DNA of 64,000 nt from an uncultured Actinomycetota bacterium (GCA_963797325.1 CAWCPG010000024.1:189-64188); one strand, 5' to 3'. Counted from the first letter of the stretch, positions 21,466 through 30,333 are shown. Numbers and translations: made by a program. Notes: a model not told the origin generated them from the sequence alone.

Positions 21466-22353
21466 ATGCCCACCACTGAGGTCACACCGTTCCCTGCCGG
21501 CAGCATCGTCGTCGGCGTCGACGGGTCACCGTCGTCCACGGAGGCGGTCGCCTGGGCGGCGGTCCAGGCCGACCACGACCACCGCCCGCTCGTCCTCGTG
21601 CACGCCTACCACCTGGACAACCTGTACTGGCTCGGGAGCGCCGGCATCGACGACGGTGTGCTCATCGAGGAGATGCGGACGGAAGGCACCCGGCTGCTCG
21701 AGGCGGCGAAGGCGGCCGCGCTGGAGCTGTCTCCCGAGATCGAGGTGCACGAGGTGCTCTACCGGTGCGATGCCCGCTCGGCCCTCCTCGAGGCAGCCAG
21801 GACCGCCTCCATGGTCGTGCTCGGGTCGCGGGGCCGCGGTCGGGTCGCCAGCCTGCTGCTGGGCTCGGTCGGGGTGGCCGTCGTCAACGAGGCGACCTGC
21901 CCGGTCGTCGTGCGCCGCCCCGAGGGCGACGTGCCTCGCCGCGGTGTCCTCGTCGGGACCGACCTCACCGAGGCCTCGCGCCCGGCCCTGGAGTACGCCT
22001 ACGGGTTGGCGTCGACCCGGCACCTGCCGCTGACCGTGCTGGCCTTCCGGGGCGACCAGGCCTGGTGGGGCCGCGACGAGACGAAGCCGCAGGACTGGGC
22101 GGAGCGCGAGCGGCTGGCCCGCTGGATGACCGATCTGAGCGCGAAGTTCCCCGATGTGCGCGTCAGCGAGCAGGACGTGCAGGAGCCGGAGGCGCGGGCC
22201 CTGGTCACCCGCGGCGCCGAGAAGGAGATCGTGGTGGTGGGCAGTCATCACCACAGCGCCGTCGCCTCCGCGTTCGGCCGGGCGCTGGCGGCGTCTGTGG
22301 TCGAGCACGCACCGACCACGGTGGTCGTCGTGCCCGGGCCGCCGGCCGCGTGA
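21466..22353 (+). CDS. tandem-domain universal stress protein
   Basis: IVVGVDGSPSS, MVVLGSRGRG..LLGSVG..CPVVVR, second USP domain; AAGGAGG RBS. Confidence 0.92.
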   Translation: MPTTEVTPFPAGSIVVGVDGSPSSTEAVAWAAVQADHDHRPLVLVHAYHLDNLYWLGSAGIDDGVLIEEMRTEGTRLLEAAKAAALELSPEIEVHEVLYRCDARSALLEAARTASMVVLGSRGRGRVASLLLGSVGVAVVNEATCPVVVRRPEGDVPRRGVLVGTDLTEASRPALEYAYGLASTRHLPLTVLAFRGDQAWWGRDETKPQDWAERERLARWMTDLSAKFPDVRVSEQDVQEPEARALVTRGAEKEIVVVGSHHHSAVASAFGRALAASVVEHAPTTVVVVPGPPAA

Positions 22354-22376
22354 GGTGCACGAGTAGCACCGCACGT

Positions 22377-22412
22377 GGGACCTCGGTCCTCTGACGGCGT
22401 GACCTTGCGCCC
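22377..22412 (+). promoter_or_regulatory. orphan DevR-box-like pair downstream of usp
   Basis: GGGACCTCGGTCCT (22377-22390) and a weaker GTGACCTTGCGCCC (22399-22412). Confidence 0.6.
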
Positions 22413-22442
22413 TGCAGGTGACGGTCAGGGGTGACGGATCCT

Positions 22443-22532
22443 GGGACGGGCAGGGAAGCACCCCCGATCCCCGCCCATTCCCCCCGGCGACCCGGGCCCC
22501 GGTCAGACCACGAACCGGGGCCCGGGTCGTTT
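22443..22532 (+). ncRNA. candidate small RNA with C-rich loop and linker (6C-RNA-like) ending in a 16-bp hairpin
   Basis: stem GGGCAGGGA/TCCCCGCCC around loop AGCACCCCCGA; linker ATTCCCCCCGG; perfect hairpin CGACCCGGGCCCCGGT/ACCGGGGCCCGGGTCG (22488-22529) then TTT. Confidence 0.45.
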
Positions 22533-23108
22533 CCACGGGTCCGCCGCGTCGGGATCGACCAGCCGGTCGGCTCGCGAGCGCGTCGCGAGGACGAGCGCGG
22601 CGTTGACGTCGTCGACCCGCGCGACCCAGGCCTCGGCCTCCGCCGGCGTCTTCCCGTACGCCGTGTGCCGCGCCACGAGCCGCGGCCGCCGCACGGTGTC
22701 GGGCACGTCGAGGAACCACACCTCGTCGAGCTCCGCCCGCACCGCCCGCCACTCCGGGCGGTCGAGCAGCAGGTAGTTCCCCTCGGTCACGACCAGCTCG
22801 ATCTCCGGCCCGATCGCGATCGCACCCGCCAGGGGCTGCTCCAGGTCACGCTCGAAGCCGGGCGCCCACACGGTCTCACCCGCGGTCCGGACTCTCGCCA
22901 GCAGCGCGGCGTACCCCCAGCCGTCGAAGGTCTCCGGCGCACCCTTGCGATCGAGCAGCCCGAGGCTGCGCAGCGCCACGTCTGCCAGGTGGAAGCCGTC
23001 CATCGGGAGGTGTGCCGCGGGAACGCCCGCATCGGCGACCAGCCGCTCGGCGTACGTCGTCTTGCCGGCGCCCGGCGGCCCGGTGAGGCCGAGGATGCGA
23101 CGCGGCAT
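22503..23108 (-). CDS. nucleoside/nucleotide kinase family P-loop protein (YggC/PanK-like)
   Basis: GLTGPPGAGKTT, LPMDGFHL, RKGAPETFD, VTEGNYLL. Confidence 0.85.
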   Translation of the reverse strand: MPRRILGLTGPPGAGKTTYAERLVADAGVPAAHLPMDGFHLADVALRSLGLLDRKGAPETFDGWGYAALLARVRTAGETVWAPGFERDLEQPLAGAIAIGPEIELVVTEGNYLLLDRPEWRAVRAELDEVWFLDVPDTVRRPRLVARHTAYGKTPAEAEAWVARVDDVNAALVLATRSRADRLVDPDAADPWKRPGPRFVV

Positions 23109-23124
23109 GTCCCCAGCATGCCGT

Positions 23125-23146
23125 GCAACCTGACCGCAACCTGACC
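23125..23146. promoter_or_regulatory. perfect 11-bp tandem direct repeat, OmpR/PhoB-type operator geometry
   Basis: GCAACCTGACC x2 in the divergent intergenic region. Confidence 0.5.
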
Positions 23147-23207
23147 AGGTGGGCACGAAGGCCCGAAAACTTTGCGGGCTCTCAGGCCGCTCGGCCAGGG
23201 TGAGCGG

Positions 23208-23996
23208 GTGTCCGTGTCACCGCGCTTCCCCCACCCGCTCGCCGCGAAGGTCCCCGAGATCACGCTCGTGTTCTGGGTGATCAAGGTGCTGACCACCGGC
23301 ATGGGCGAGACCGCCTCGGACTACTTCGCCCACACCAGCCTGGTCCTCGCCGGGGTCGTGGGCGTCGGGGGACTGGCGGCCGCGCTCTGGTGGCAGCTCA
23401 GCACCACGGAGTACCGGCCCGCGGCCTACTGGACGGCGGTCGCGATGGTGGCGGTGACGGGCACCATGGTCGCGGACGCACTGCACCGCTTCGTCGGGCT
23501 GTCGTACGCCGTGACCACGCCGTTCTACGCCGTCGTCCTCGCGGTGGTCCTGGCCTGGTGGTGGTTCTCCGAGGGGACCCTGTCGATCCACAGCATCTAC
23601 ACGCGGCGGCGCGAGGCGTTCTACTGGCTGGCCGTGATGGCGAGCTTCGCGCTGGGCACCGCGGCCGGGGACTTCACGGCCGCCACGCTGGGTCTCGGCT
23701 ACCTCACCTCCGGGCTGCTGTTCGCAGCGATGATGCTGGTGCCACTGGTGGCGTGGCGCCTCGGTCTCAACGCCGTGGTCGCCTTCTGGGCGGCGTACAT
23801 CCTGACCCGCCCGCTCGGGGCGTCGTTCGCGGACTGGCTCGGCAAGCCCGCCTACCGATCCGGTCTCGGGTACGGCGACGGCACCGTCACCGTGGTCACC
23901 CTGCTCGTGATCGTGGGGCTCGTGGCCTGGGTGGCCGCGACCGGACACGGCGTGCAGGCCCGCCGCGAGCCGGAGCTCGAGACCGAGCGCGCCTGA
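23208..23996 (+). CDS. COG4705/DUF347 membrane protein; start approximate
   Basis: KVPEITLVFWVIKVLTTGMGETASDY, EGTLSIHSI.TRRREAFYW, AYILTRPLGASFADW. Confidence 0.88.
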   Translation: MSVSPRFPHPLAAKVPEITLVFWVIKVLTTGMGETASDYFAHTSLVLAGVVGVGGLAAALWWQLSTTEYRPAAYWTAVAMVAVTGTMVADALHRFVGLSYAVTTPFYAVVLAVVLAWWWFSEGTLSIHSIYTRRREAFYWLAVMASFALGTAAGDFTAATLGLGYLTSGLLFAAMMLVPLVAWRLGLNAVVAFWAAYILTRPLGASFADWLGKPAYRSGLGYGDGTVTVVTLLVIVGLVAWVAATGHGVQARREPELETERA

Positions 23997-24143
23997 CCCG
24001 ATCCCCGACCAGCAGCCGGTCCGACGGACACGCCCTACGGATCGCATTGCGTGCCGGACTAGCGTGGAAGACGTGAGCACCCCACGACCTGCTTCGTCTC
24101 CTCGCCTTCGCTCCTCCACCGAACAACGCCGCAGGGACCCCGC

Positions 24144-25532
24144 ATGACAGACGCACCGACTCCCCGCACGCTCGGCCAGCTCCGCGAGTCCGGCCACGTC
24201 CAGAAGCACCTGCGCGACGAGCTGCGCGACAACCTCCTGGCCAAGCTGGCCGCCGGAGAGGACCCGTGGCCGGGCATGCACGGGTTCGACGACACGGTCA
24301 TCCCCCAGCTCGAGCGGGCCATGCTCGCCGGGCACGACGTCGTACTCCTCGGTGAGCGGGGCCAGGGCAAGACCCGGCTCCTGCGCTCGCTGGTCGGCCT
24401 GCTCGACGAGTGGACGCCGGTGATCGGCGAGGCCGAGCTCGGTGAGCACCCCTACGAGCCCATCACGCCGGGGTCGCGACGGCGGGCCGACGAGCTCGGC
24501 GACGAGCTCCCGGTCGAGTGGCGTCACCGCGACGAGCGGTACTCCGAGAAGCTCGCCACCCCGGACACGTCGGTCGCCGACCTGATCGGTGACGTCGACC
24601 CGATGAAGGTGGCCGAGGGCCGCCACCTCGGCGACCCGGAGACGATCCACTTCGGGCTGATCCCGCGCAGCCACCGCGGCATCGTCGCCATCAACGAGCT
24701 GCCCGACCTGGCCGAGCGGATCCAGGTCGCGATGCTCAACGTGATGGAGGAGCGCGACATCCAGATCCGTGGCTACGTGCTGCGCCTCCCGCTCGACACT
24801 CTCGTGGTGGCCAGCGCCAACCCGGAGGACTACACCAACCGCGGTCGGATCATCACCCCGCTCAAGGACCGGTTCGGCGCCGAGATCCGGACCCACTACC
24901 CCACGGAGCTCGACGACGAGATCGCCGTGATCCGGCAGGAGGCGACCCTCGTCGCCGAGGTGCCCGACCACCTGGTCGAGATCCTGGCCCGCTTCACCCG
25001 CAACCTGCGCGAGTCCACGTCGGTCGACCAGCGGTCCGGCGTCAGCGCGCGCTTCGCCATCGCCGGCGCCGAGACGGTCGCCGCGTCGGCCCTGCACCGC
25101 GCGACCCGGCAGGGGGAGGACGAGCCGGTGGCGCGCGTCGTCGACCTCGAGACCGCCGTCGAGGTGCTCGGTGGAAAGATCGAGTTCGAGACCGGCGAGG
25201 AGGGACGCGAGGGCGAGATCCTCACCCACCTGCTGCGGACGGCCACCGCCGAGACCGTGCGGCACCACTTCCGTGGGCTCGACTTCGCGCTCCTGGTGGA
25301 CCGGATCGAGGCCGGGCAGATGGTCACGACCGGCGAGCAGGTCACGGCACGCGACTTCCTGACCGGGCTGCCCGTGCTCGGTGAGTCCGAGCTCTACGAC
25401 GACGTGTGCGAGCGGCTCGACGCGCGCAACGACGGCGAGCGAGCCGGCGCCATCGAGCTGGCCCTCGAGGGTCTCTACCTGGCGCGCAAGATCAGCAAGG
25501 AGTCCGGCGGCGGGGAGACCGTCTATGGCTAG
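24144..25532 (+). CDS. AAA+ ATPase, magnesium-chelatase-like (Rv0958-like)
   Basis: GERGQGKT Walker A, KLATPDTSVADLIGDVDP, AINELPDL, ASANPEDYTNRGRIITPLKDRFG. Confidence 0.92.
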   Translation: MTDAPTPRTLGQLRESGHVQKHLRDELRDNLLAKLAAGEDPWPGMHGFDDTVIPQLERAMLAGHDVVLLGERGQGKTRLLRSLVGLLDEWTPVIGEAELGEHPYEPITPGSRRRADELGDELPVEWRHRDERYSEKLATPDTSVADLIGDVDPMKVAEGRHLGDPETIHFGLIPRSHRGIVAINELPDLAERIQVAMLNVMEERDIQIRGYVLRLPLDTLVVASANPEDYTNRGRIITPLKDRFGAEIRTHYPTELDDEIAVIRQEATLVAEVPDHLVEILARFTRNLRESTSVDQRSGVSARFAIAGAETVAASALHRATRQGEDEPVARVVDLETAVEVLGGKIEFETGEEGREGEILTHLLRTATAETVRHHFRGLDFALLVDRIEAGQMVTTGEQVTARDFLTGLPVLGESELYDDVCERLDARNDGERAGAIELALEGLYLARKISKESGGGETVYG

Positions 25533-25929
25533 CGCCTCGGACTTCGCGGTCACCGCCAGCGCCGGGACCCTCCGCGACGACTCGGCGGTGGGGTGGACGG
25601 TCCCGCACGACTGGACGCCCGAGGGCGTGGTGGTCGCGGGGGAGGGCAACGGCGCCGCCGTCCTGCATCTGTCGGTCGCGCTGTGCGTCCTCAACGACAC
25701 GTTCCGGGAGAGCGAGGCGCTGGGTGTCCCGGTCGCCGGCGTGCGGGTGGTGGCGCAGGGTGCCTTCGACACCGAGAGCTGGGTCTCGCGCGGCATCACC
25801 TATGCCGTCGAGCTCGACTCGCCGGCGGCGCCCGACGACCTCGCCCGGGTCGTCATGCGGGTCGACGAGGTCGCGGAGATCCCGCGGGTGCTGCGCGCCG
25901 GCATGAGCGTGGAGCGCGCGGATGGCTAG
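25525..25929 (+). CDS. OsmC-like protein with a single Cys
   Basis: NGAAVLHLSVALCVLND..GVRVVAQG.F..GITYAVEL..VAEIPRVLR fold pattern; ATGGCTAG overlaps at both ends. Confidence 0.7.
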   Translation: MASASDFAVTASAGTLRDDSAVGWTVPHDWTPEGVVVAGEGNGAAVLHLSVALCVLNDTFRESEALGVPVAGVRVVAQGAFDTESWVSRGITYAVELDSPAAPDDLARVVMRVDEVAEIPRVLRAGMSVERADG

Positions 25930-27949
25930 GCACCAGCCCCGCTCCCGCTACACGGCGTACGACGGCGGGCCCGACCCGCTCGCCCCTCCCGTCGACATCG
26001 CCGAGGCGCTCGACGCCATCGGCCAGGACGTGATGGCGGGCTACAGCCCGGAGCGCGCGATGCGCGAGTTCCTCCGTCGCGGCAGCCAGGACCAGCGCGG
26101 CCTCGACGACCTGGCCCGTCGGATCGCGGAGAAGCGCCGCGAGCTCACGCAGCGGCACCACCTCGACGGCACCCTCCAGGAGGTCCGCGAGCTCCTCGAC
26201 CGGGCGGTGCTCAACGAGCGCAAGCAGCTGGCCCGCGACATCGACCTCGACGAGGGCGACCGCGCCCTGCGCGAGCTCCAGCTCGACAACCTGCCGCCCT
26301 CGACCGCCGCCGCGGTGAGCGAGCTGTCGTCGTACGACTGGAAGAGCCGCGAGGCGCGTGAGGACTTCGAGCGGATCAAGGACCTGCTCGGCCGGGAGAT
26401 GCTCGACCAGCGGTTCGCCGGCATGAAGGAGGCGCTCGAGAACGCCACGGACGCCGACCGGGCCGCGATCAACGAGATGCTCACCGACCTCAACGACCTG
26501 CTCTCCAAGCACCACCGCGGCGAGGACACCGACGAGGACTTCGCCGACTTCATGGACAAGCACGGCGACTTCTTCCCCGAGAACCCACAGAACGTCGACG
26601 AGCTGATCGACGCCCTCGCCCAGCGGGCGGCAGCGGCCCAGCGGATGATGAACTCGATGACCGCCGAGCAGCGTGCGGAGCTCATGCAGCTGGCGCAGCA
26701 GGCCTTCGGCTCACCCGAGCTGATGCAGCAGCTCTCGCAGCTCGACGCCAACCTCCAGTCGCTGCGCCCGGGCGAGGACTGGGGCGGCTCGGAGCGGTTC
26801 GACGGCGAGCAGGGGCTCGGCCTCGGCGACGGCACCGGGGTGCTGCAGGACCTCGCAGACCTCGACGACCTCGCCGAGCAGCTCGCCCAGTCCTACGACG
26901 GAGCCCGCCTCGACGACGTCGACCTCGACAAGCTGGCCCGCCAGCTCGGCAACGAGGCTGCCGTCGACGCCCGCACCCTGCAGCGGCTCGAGCAGGCGCT
27001 GCGCGACTCCGGCTATCTCAAGCGCACCAGCGACGGCCAGCTCAAGCTGAGCCCGAAGGCGATGCGCCAGCTCGGCAAGGCGCTTCTCAAGGACGTCGCG
27101 ACCCGGATGAGCGGGCGCCAGGGCCAGCGCGACGTACGCCAGTCCGGCGCGGCGGGCGAGATGTCCGGCGCGACGCGCGAGTGGGCGTTCGGCGACACCG
27201 AGCCGTGGGACGTCACCAGGACGATCACCAACGCTGTCCGGCGGGTGGTCGGTGAGGGCGGCTCGGCCCGGGGCGGCGTGCGCCTCCAGGTCGACGACGT
27301 GGAGGTGTCCGAGACCGAGGCGCGCACCCAGGCCGCCGTGGCCCTGCTGGTCGACACGTCGTTCTCGATGGCGATGGACGGCCGCTGGGTGCCGATGAAG
27401 CGCACGGCCCTGGCGCTGCACACGCTGATCCGGTCGCGGTTCCGGGGCGACGCGCTGCAGCTGATCGGCTTCGGGCGCCATGCGCAGGTGATGGACATCG
27501 AGGAGCTGACCGGTCTCGACGCGATGTGGGACAAGGGCACCAACCTCCACCACGCGCTGCTGTTGGCGAACCGGTTCTTCCGCAAGCACCCGAGCGCGCA
27601 GCCGGTCCTGCTGATCGTCACCGACGGTGAGCCGACCTCCCACCTCGAGGCCGACGGCGAGGTCTACTTCGAGTACCCGCCCCATCCGCTGACCGTCGCG
27701 TACTCCGTGCGCGAGCTCGACAACTCCGGGCGGCTCGGGGCCCAGGTGACGTTCTTCCGGCTCGGCACCGACGCCGGGCTCGCCCGCTTCGTCGACTCCA
27801 TGGCCCGGCGCGTGGACGGCCGCGTGGTCGCTCCGGAGCTCGATGACCTCGGCGCCGCCGTCGTCGGCTCCTACCTGGGCTCTCGGGCGCCCGGGAGCGC
27901 AGGTCAGTACGGCGACTGGTTCGGCAGCCGAGGGTTCTGGGTCGACTGA
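25922..27949 (+). CDS. VWA domain-containing protein (Rv0959-like)
   Basis: YDGGPDPLAPP N-terminus, LLVDTSFSM MIDAS, GTNLHHAL, IVTDGEPT. Confidence 0.92.
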   Translation: MARHQPRSRYTAYDGGPDPLAPPVDIAEALDAIGQDVMAGYSPERAMREFLRRGSQDQRGLDDLARRIAEKRRELTQRHHLDGTLQEVRELLDRAVLNERKQLARDIDLDEGDRALRELQLDNLPPSTAAAVSELSSYDWKSREAREDFERIKDLLGREMLDQRFAGMKEALENATDADRAAINEMLTDLNDLLSKHHRGEDTDEDFADFMDKHGDFFPENPQNVDELIDALAQRAAAAQRMMNSMTAEQRAELMQLAQQAFGSPELMQQLSQLDANLQSLRPGEDWGGSERFDGEQGLGLGDGTGVLQDLADLDDLAEQLAQSYDGARLDDVDLDKLARQLGNEAAVDARTLQRLEQALRDSGYLKRTSDGQLKLSPKAMRQLGKALLKDVATRMSGRQGQRDVRQSGAAGEMSGATREWAFGDTEPWDVTRTITNAVRRVVGEGGSARGGVRLQVDDVEVSETEARTQAAVALLVDTSFSMAMDGRWVPMKRTALALHTLIRSRFRGDALQLIGFGRHAQVMDIEELTGLDAMWDKGTNLHHALLLANRFFRKHPSAQPVLLIVTDGEPTSHLEADGEVYFEYPPHPLTVAYSVRELDNSGRLGAQVTFFRLGTDAGLARFVDSMARRVDGRVVAPELDDLGAAVVGSYLGSRAPGSAGQYGDWFGSRGFWVD

Positions 27950-28310
27950 GCGAGCTCCGACCCGGCGGAGCCGGGGCGGAGCTCGCTCAGGAGGCCGCAG
28001 CGAGCTTGCTCGCAAGGCGGCCTGACACCGACCGGCGGAGCCGGGGCGGAGCTCGCTCAGGAGGCCGCAGCGAGCTTGCTCGCAAGGCGGCCTGACACCG
28101 ACCGGCGGAGCCGGGGCGGAGCTCGCTCAGGAGGCCGCAGCGAGCTTGCTCGCCAGGCGGCCTGACACCGACCGGCGGAGCCGGGGCGGAGCTCGCTCAG
28201 GAGGCCGCAGCGAGCTTGCTCGCCAGGCGGCCTGACACCGACCGGGAAGCCGGGCGGAGCTCGCTCGGGAGGCCGCAGCGAGCTTGCTCGCAAGGCGGCC
28301 TGACACCGAC
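27947..28310. repeat. tandem array of five ~70-bp palindromic (REP/BIME-like) units
   Basis: units start at 27961, 28031, 28101, 28171 and 28241; ACCGGCGGAGCCGGGGCGGAGCTCGCTCAGGAGGCCGCAGCGAGCTTGCTCGC(A/C)AGGCGGCCTGACACCG; no unique spacers. Confidence 0.95.
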
Positions 28311-28381
28311 CAAGTCAGGTCGGGCCGGAAGGCTGGTCACACCAGCACCATGCGTCACTTCTGCCCCACTCCCGGCGCTCA

Positions 28382-28422
28382 GGTGAACAGCAGGTGAACT
28401 GACGGCGTAATAGTCGGTGAAC
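28382..28422. promoter_or_regulatory. PHO-box-like direct repeats upstream of pit
   Basis: GGTGAAC (GTTCACC on the minus strand) at 28382, 28393 and 28416; the first two are 11 bp apart, matching the Streptomyces PhoP repeat unit. Confidence 0.65.
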
Positions 28423-28472
28423 TGCGCCCCGGGGATTTCCCTCGCGGTCACCTTGGCGCCACACTCAGAGCC

Positions 28473-29696
28473 GTGTCGGCACAGCTGCTCACCCTGGTCC
28501 TCGTCGTGATCGTCGCGCTCGGCTTCGACTTCACCAACGGCTTCCACGACACCGGGAACTCGATGGCCACCACCATCGCCACCGGTGCCCTCAAGCCCAA
28601 GACGGCCGTCGCCCTGGCCGCGGTCCTCAACCTCGTCGGGGCGTTCCTCTCCGTCGCGGTGGCCCTGACCGTGACCAACGCCGTCGTCTCCATCCAGAAC
28701 TCCGACGGCACGCCCGACCCGGCCCTGACCGCGGACCACGGGTCGGCCCTGCTGCTGATCATCCTGGCGGGCCTGGTCGGCGGCATCGTGTGGAACCTGA
28801 CCACCTGGCTGTTCGGCCTGCCGTCGAGCTCCTCGCACGCACTCTTCGGCGGCCTGATCGGGGCCACGATCGCCGGCATCGGCTGGGGCGGCGTCCACTG
28901 GACCGGTGACAGCACGAAGCTCGACGGGGTCGTCGGCAAGGTGATCCTGCCGGCGTTCGCCTCGCCGGTGATCGCCGCGCTCGTCTCCGCGGTCGGCACC
29001 TGGCTGATCTTCCGCGTCACACGGGTGCTCGGCGAGGGGCTCAACAACGGCGGCTTCCGCTGGGGCCAGATCGGGACCGGCTCGCTGATGGCGCTGGCGC
29101 ACGGCACCAACGACGCCCAGAAGACGATGGGCGTGATCACCCTGTCGCTGATCGCCTACGGCAGCTGGACCGACACCTCCGCGATCCCGCTGTGGGTCAA
29201 GGTCTCCTGCGCCGTCGCGATCGCGCTGGGCACCTACGTCGGCGGCTGGCGGATCATCCGCACCATGGGCAAGGGCATCACCGAGATCGAGGCACGCCAG
29301 GGCACCGCCGCCCAGGGCTCCGCCGCTGCGGTGATCCTGGCCTCGAGCCAGCTCGGGTTCGCGCTGTCCACCACCCACGTCGCCACCGGCTCCATCCTCG
29401 GCAGCGGCCTCGGCAAGCCCGGGGCCCACGTCCGCTGGCGCGTCGCCGGCCGGATGGCGGTGGCCTGGTTCATCACGCTGCCGATGGCGGCACTCGTCGG
29501 CGCGGTCATGTGGAAGATCGGCAACGCGGTGGGCGGTGGCCTGATCGGCGCCCTCGTGATGGTCGCCATCCTGCTCGTCTTCTCCGGCCTCATGTACGCC
29601 CGTTCGCGGCGCCACCCGGTCACGGCCGAGAACGTCAACGACGACTGGGAGGACCCCAGCACGGTCCTCGAGCCGTCCGACCCGGTCGCGGCCTGA
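28473..29696 (+). CDS. pit: inorganic phosphate transporter, PiT family
   Basis: FDFTNGFHDTGNS, GLPSSSSHAL, AHGTNDAQKTMG, STTHV. Confidence 0.95.
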   Translation: MSAQLLTLVLVVIVALGFDFTNGFHDTGNSMATTIATGALKPKTAVALAAVLNLVGAFLSVAVALTVTNAVVSIQNSDGTPDPALTADHGSALLLIILAGLVGGIVWNLTTWLFGLPSSSSHALFGGLIGATIAGIGWGGVHWTGDSTKLDGVVGKVILPAFASPVIAALVSAVGTWLIFRVTRVLGEGLNNGGFRWGQIGTGSLMALAHGTNDAQKTMGVITLSLIAYGSWTDTSAIPLWVKVSCAVAIALGTYVGGWRIIRTMGKGITEIEARQGTAAQGSAAAVILASSQLGFALSTTHVATGSILGSGLGKPGAHVRWRVAGRMAVAWFITLPMAALVGAVMWKIGNAVGGGLIGALVMVAILLVFSGLMYARSRRHPVTAENVNDDWEDPSTVLEPSDPVAA

Positions 29697-29706
29697 GGAG
29701 GCTCGG

Positions 29707-30009
29707 ATGCTCTCGTTGTTCCTCCACGACATCTGGAAGGTCCTGCTCTACAGCCTGATCCTCGGCGCCGGCCTCCCGGTGGTCTACGCGCTCGGTGTCC
29801 GCGCGTCCGCGCTCGGGACCGTCGGGGCCGACGGCGCGGACACGTCCGTCGTACGACGTCGCCAGGTGCTCGGCAGGACCCTTGCCGGACTCTGCTTCGC
29901 CGTCGTCCTGGCCGGCATCGGGGTCGGGCTGGCCTACATCTGGGCGTCCGGCCACGGAGACCAGCTCAGCTTCGACCACGTCTTCCCGACCTTCGTCCCG
30001 AAGAGCTGA
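29707..30009 (+). CDS. small membrane protein (Rv0544c-like)
   Basis: KVLLYSLILGAGLPVVYALGVR, two TM segments, GAGGAGG RBS, typical pit neighbour. Confidence 0.75.
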   Translation: MLSLFLHDIWKVLLYSLILGAGLPVVYALGVRASALGTVGADGADTSVVRRRQVLGRTLAGLCFAVVLAGIGVGLAYIWASGHGDQLSFDHVFPTFVPKS

Positions 30010-30015
30010 CCGGCG

Positions 30016-30327
30016 ATGGCCGAGCAGACCTCCTCGCTGGGCCAGAGCGTGCTCGACTGGCTCCGGGCGGGCTACCCCGACGGCATCCCGCCCCAGGACT
30101 ACGCGCCGATCCTCGGCGTGCTGCGGCGCCGCCTCACCTCCGAGGAGATCCACGCGATCGCCGACGGGCTCGCCGCGCAGTCCCTCGGGTCCGTCGACCC
30201 GATCTCGCGCATCGACATCGAGGCGATGATCGAGCAGACCGTCTACCAGCGCGCGAGCGACATCGACGTCGCGCGCGTCACGGAGCGGCTCGCCGCTGGT
30301 GGCTGGCCGCTCGCCGACGCGATCTGA
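30016..30327 (+). CDS. DUF3349 protein
   Basis: VLDWLRAGYPDGIPPQDY.P..VLRRRLT..RLAAGGWPL. Confidence 0.88.
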   Translation: MAEQTSSLGQSVLDWLRAGYPDGIPPQDYAPILGVLRRRLTSEEIHAIADGLAAQSLGSVDPISRIDIEAMIEQTVYQRASDIDVARVTERLAAGGWPLADAI

Positions 30328-30333
30328 GCGTCC

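Noticed and set aside
27947-28310. CRISPR or guide-RNA array
   Set aside because: Units are near-identical end to end with no unique spacers, and there are no cas-like genes; the neighbours are a conserved AAA+/VWA pair and pit.
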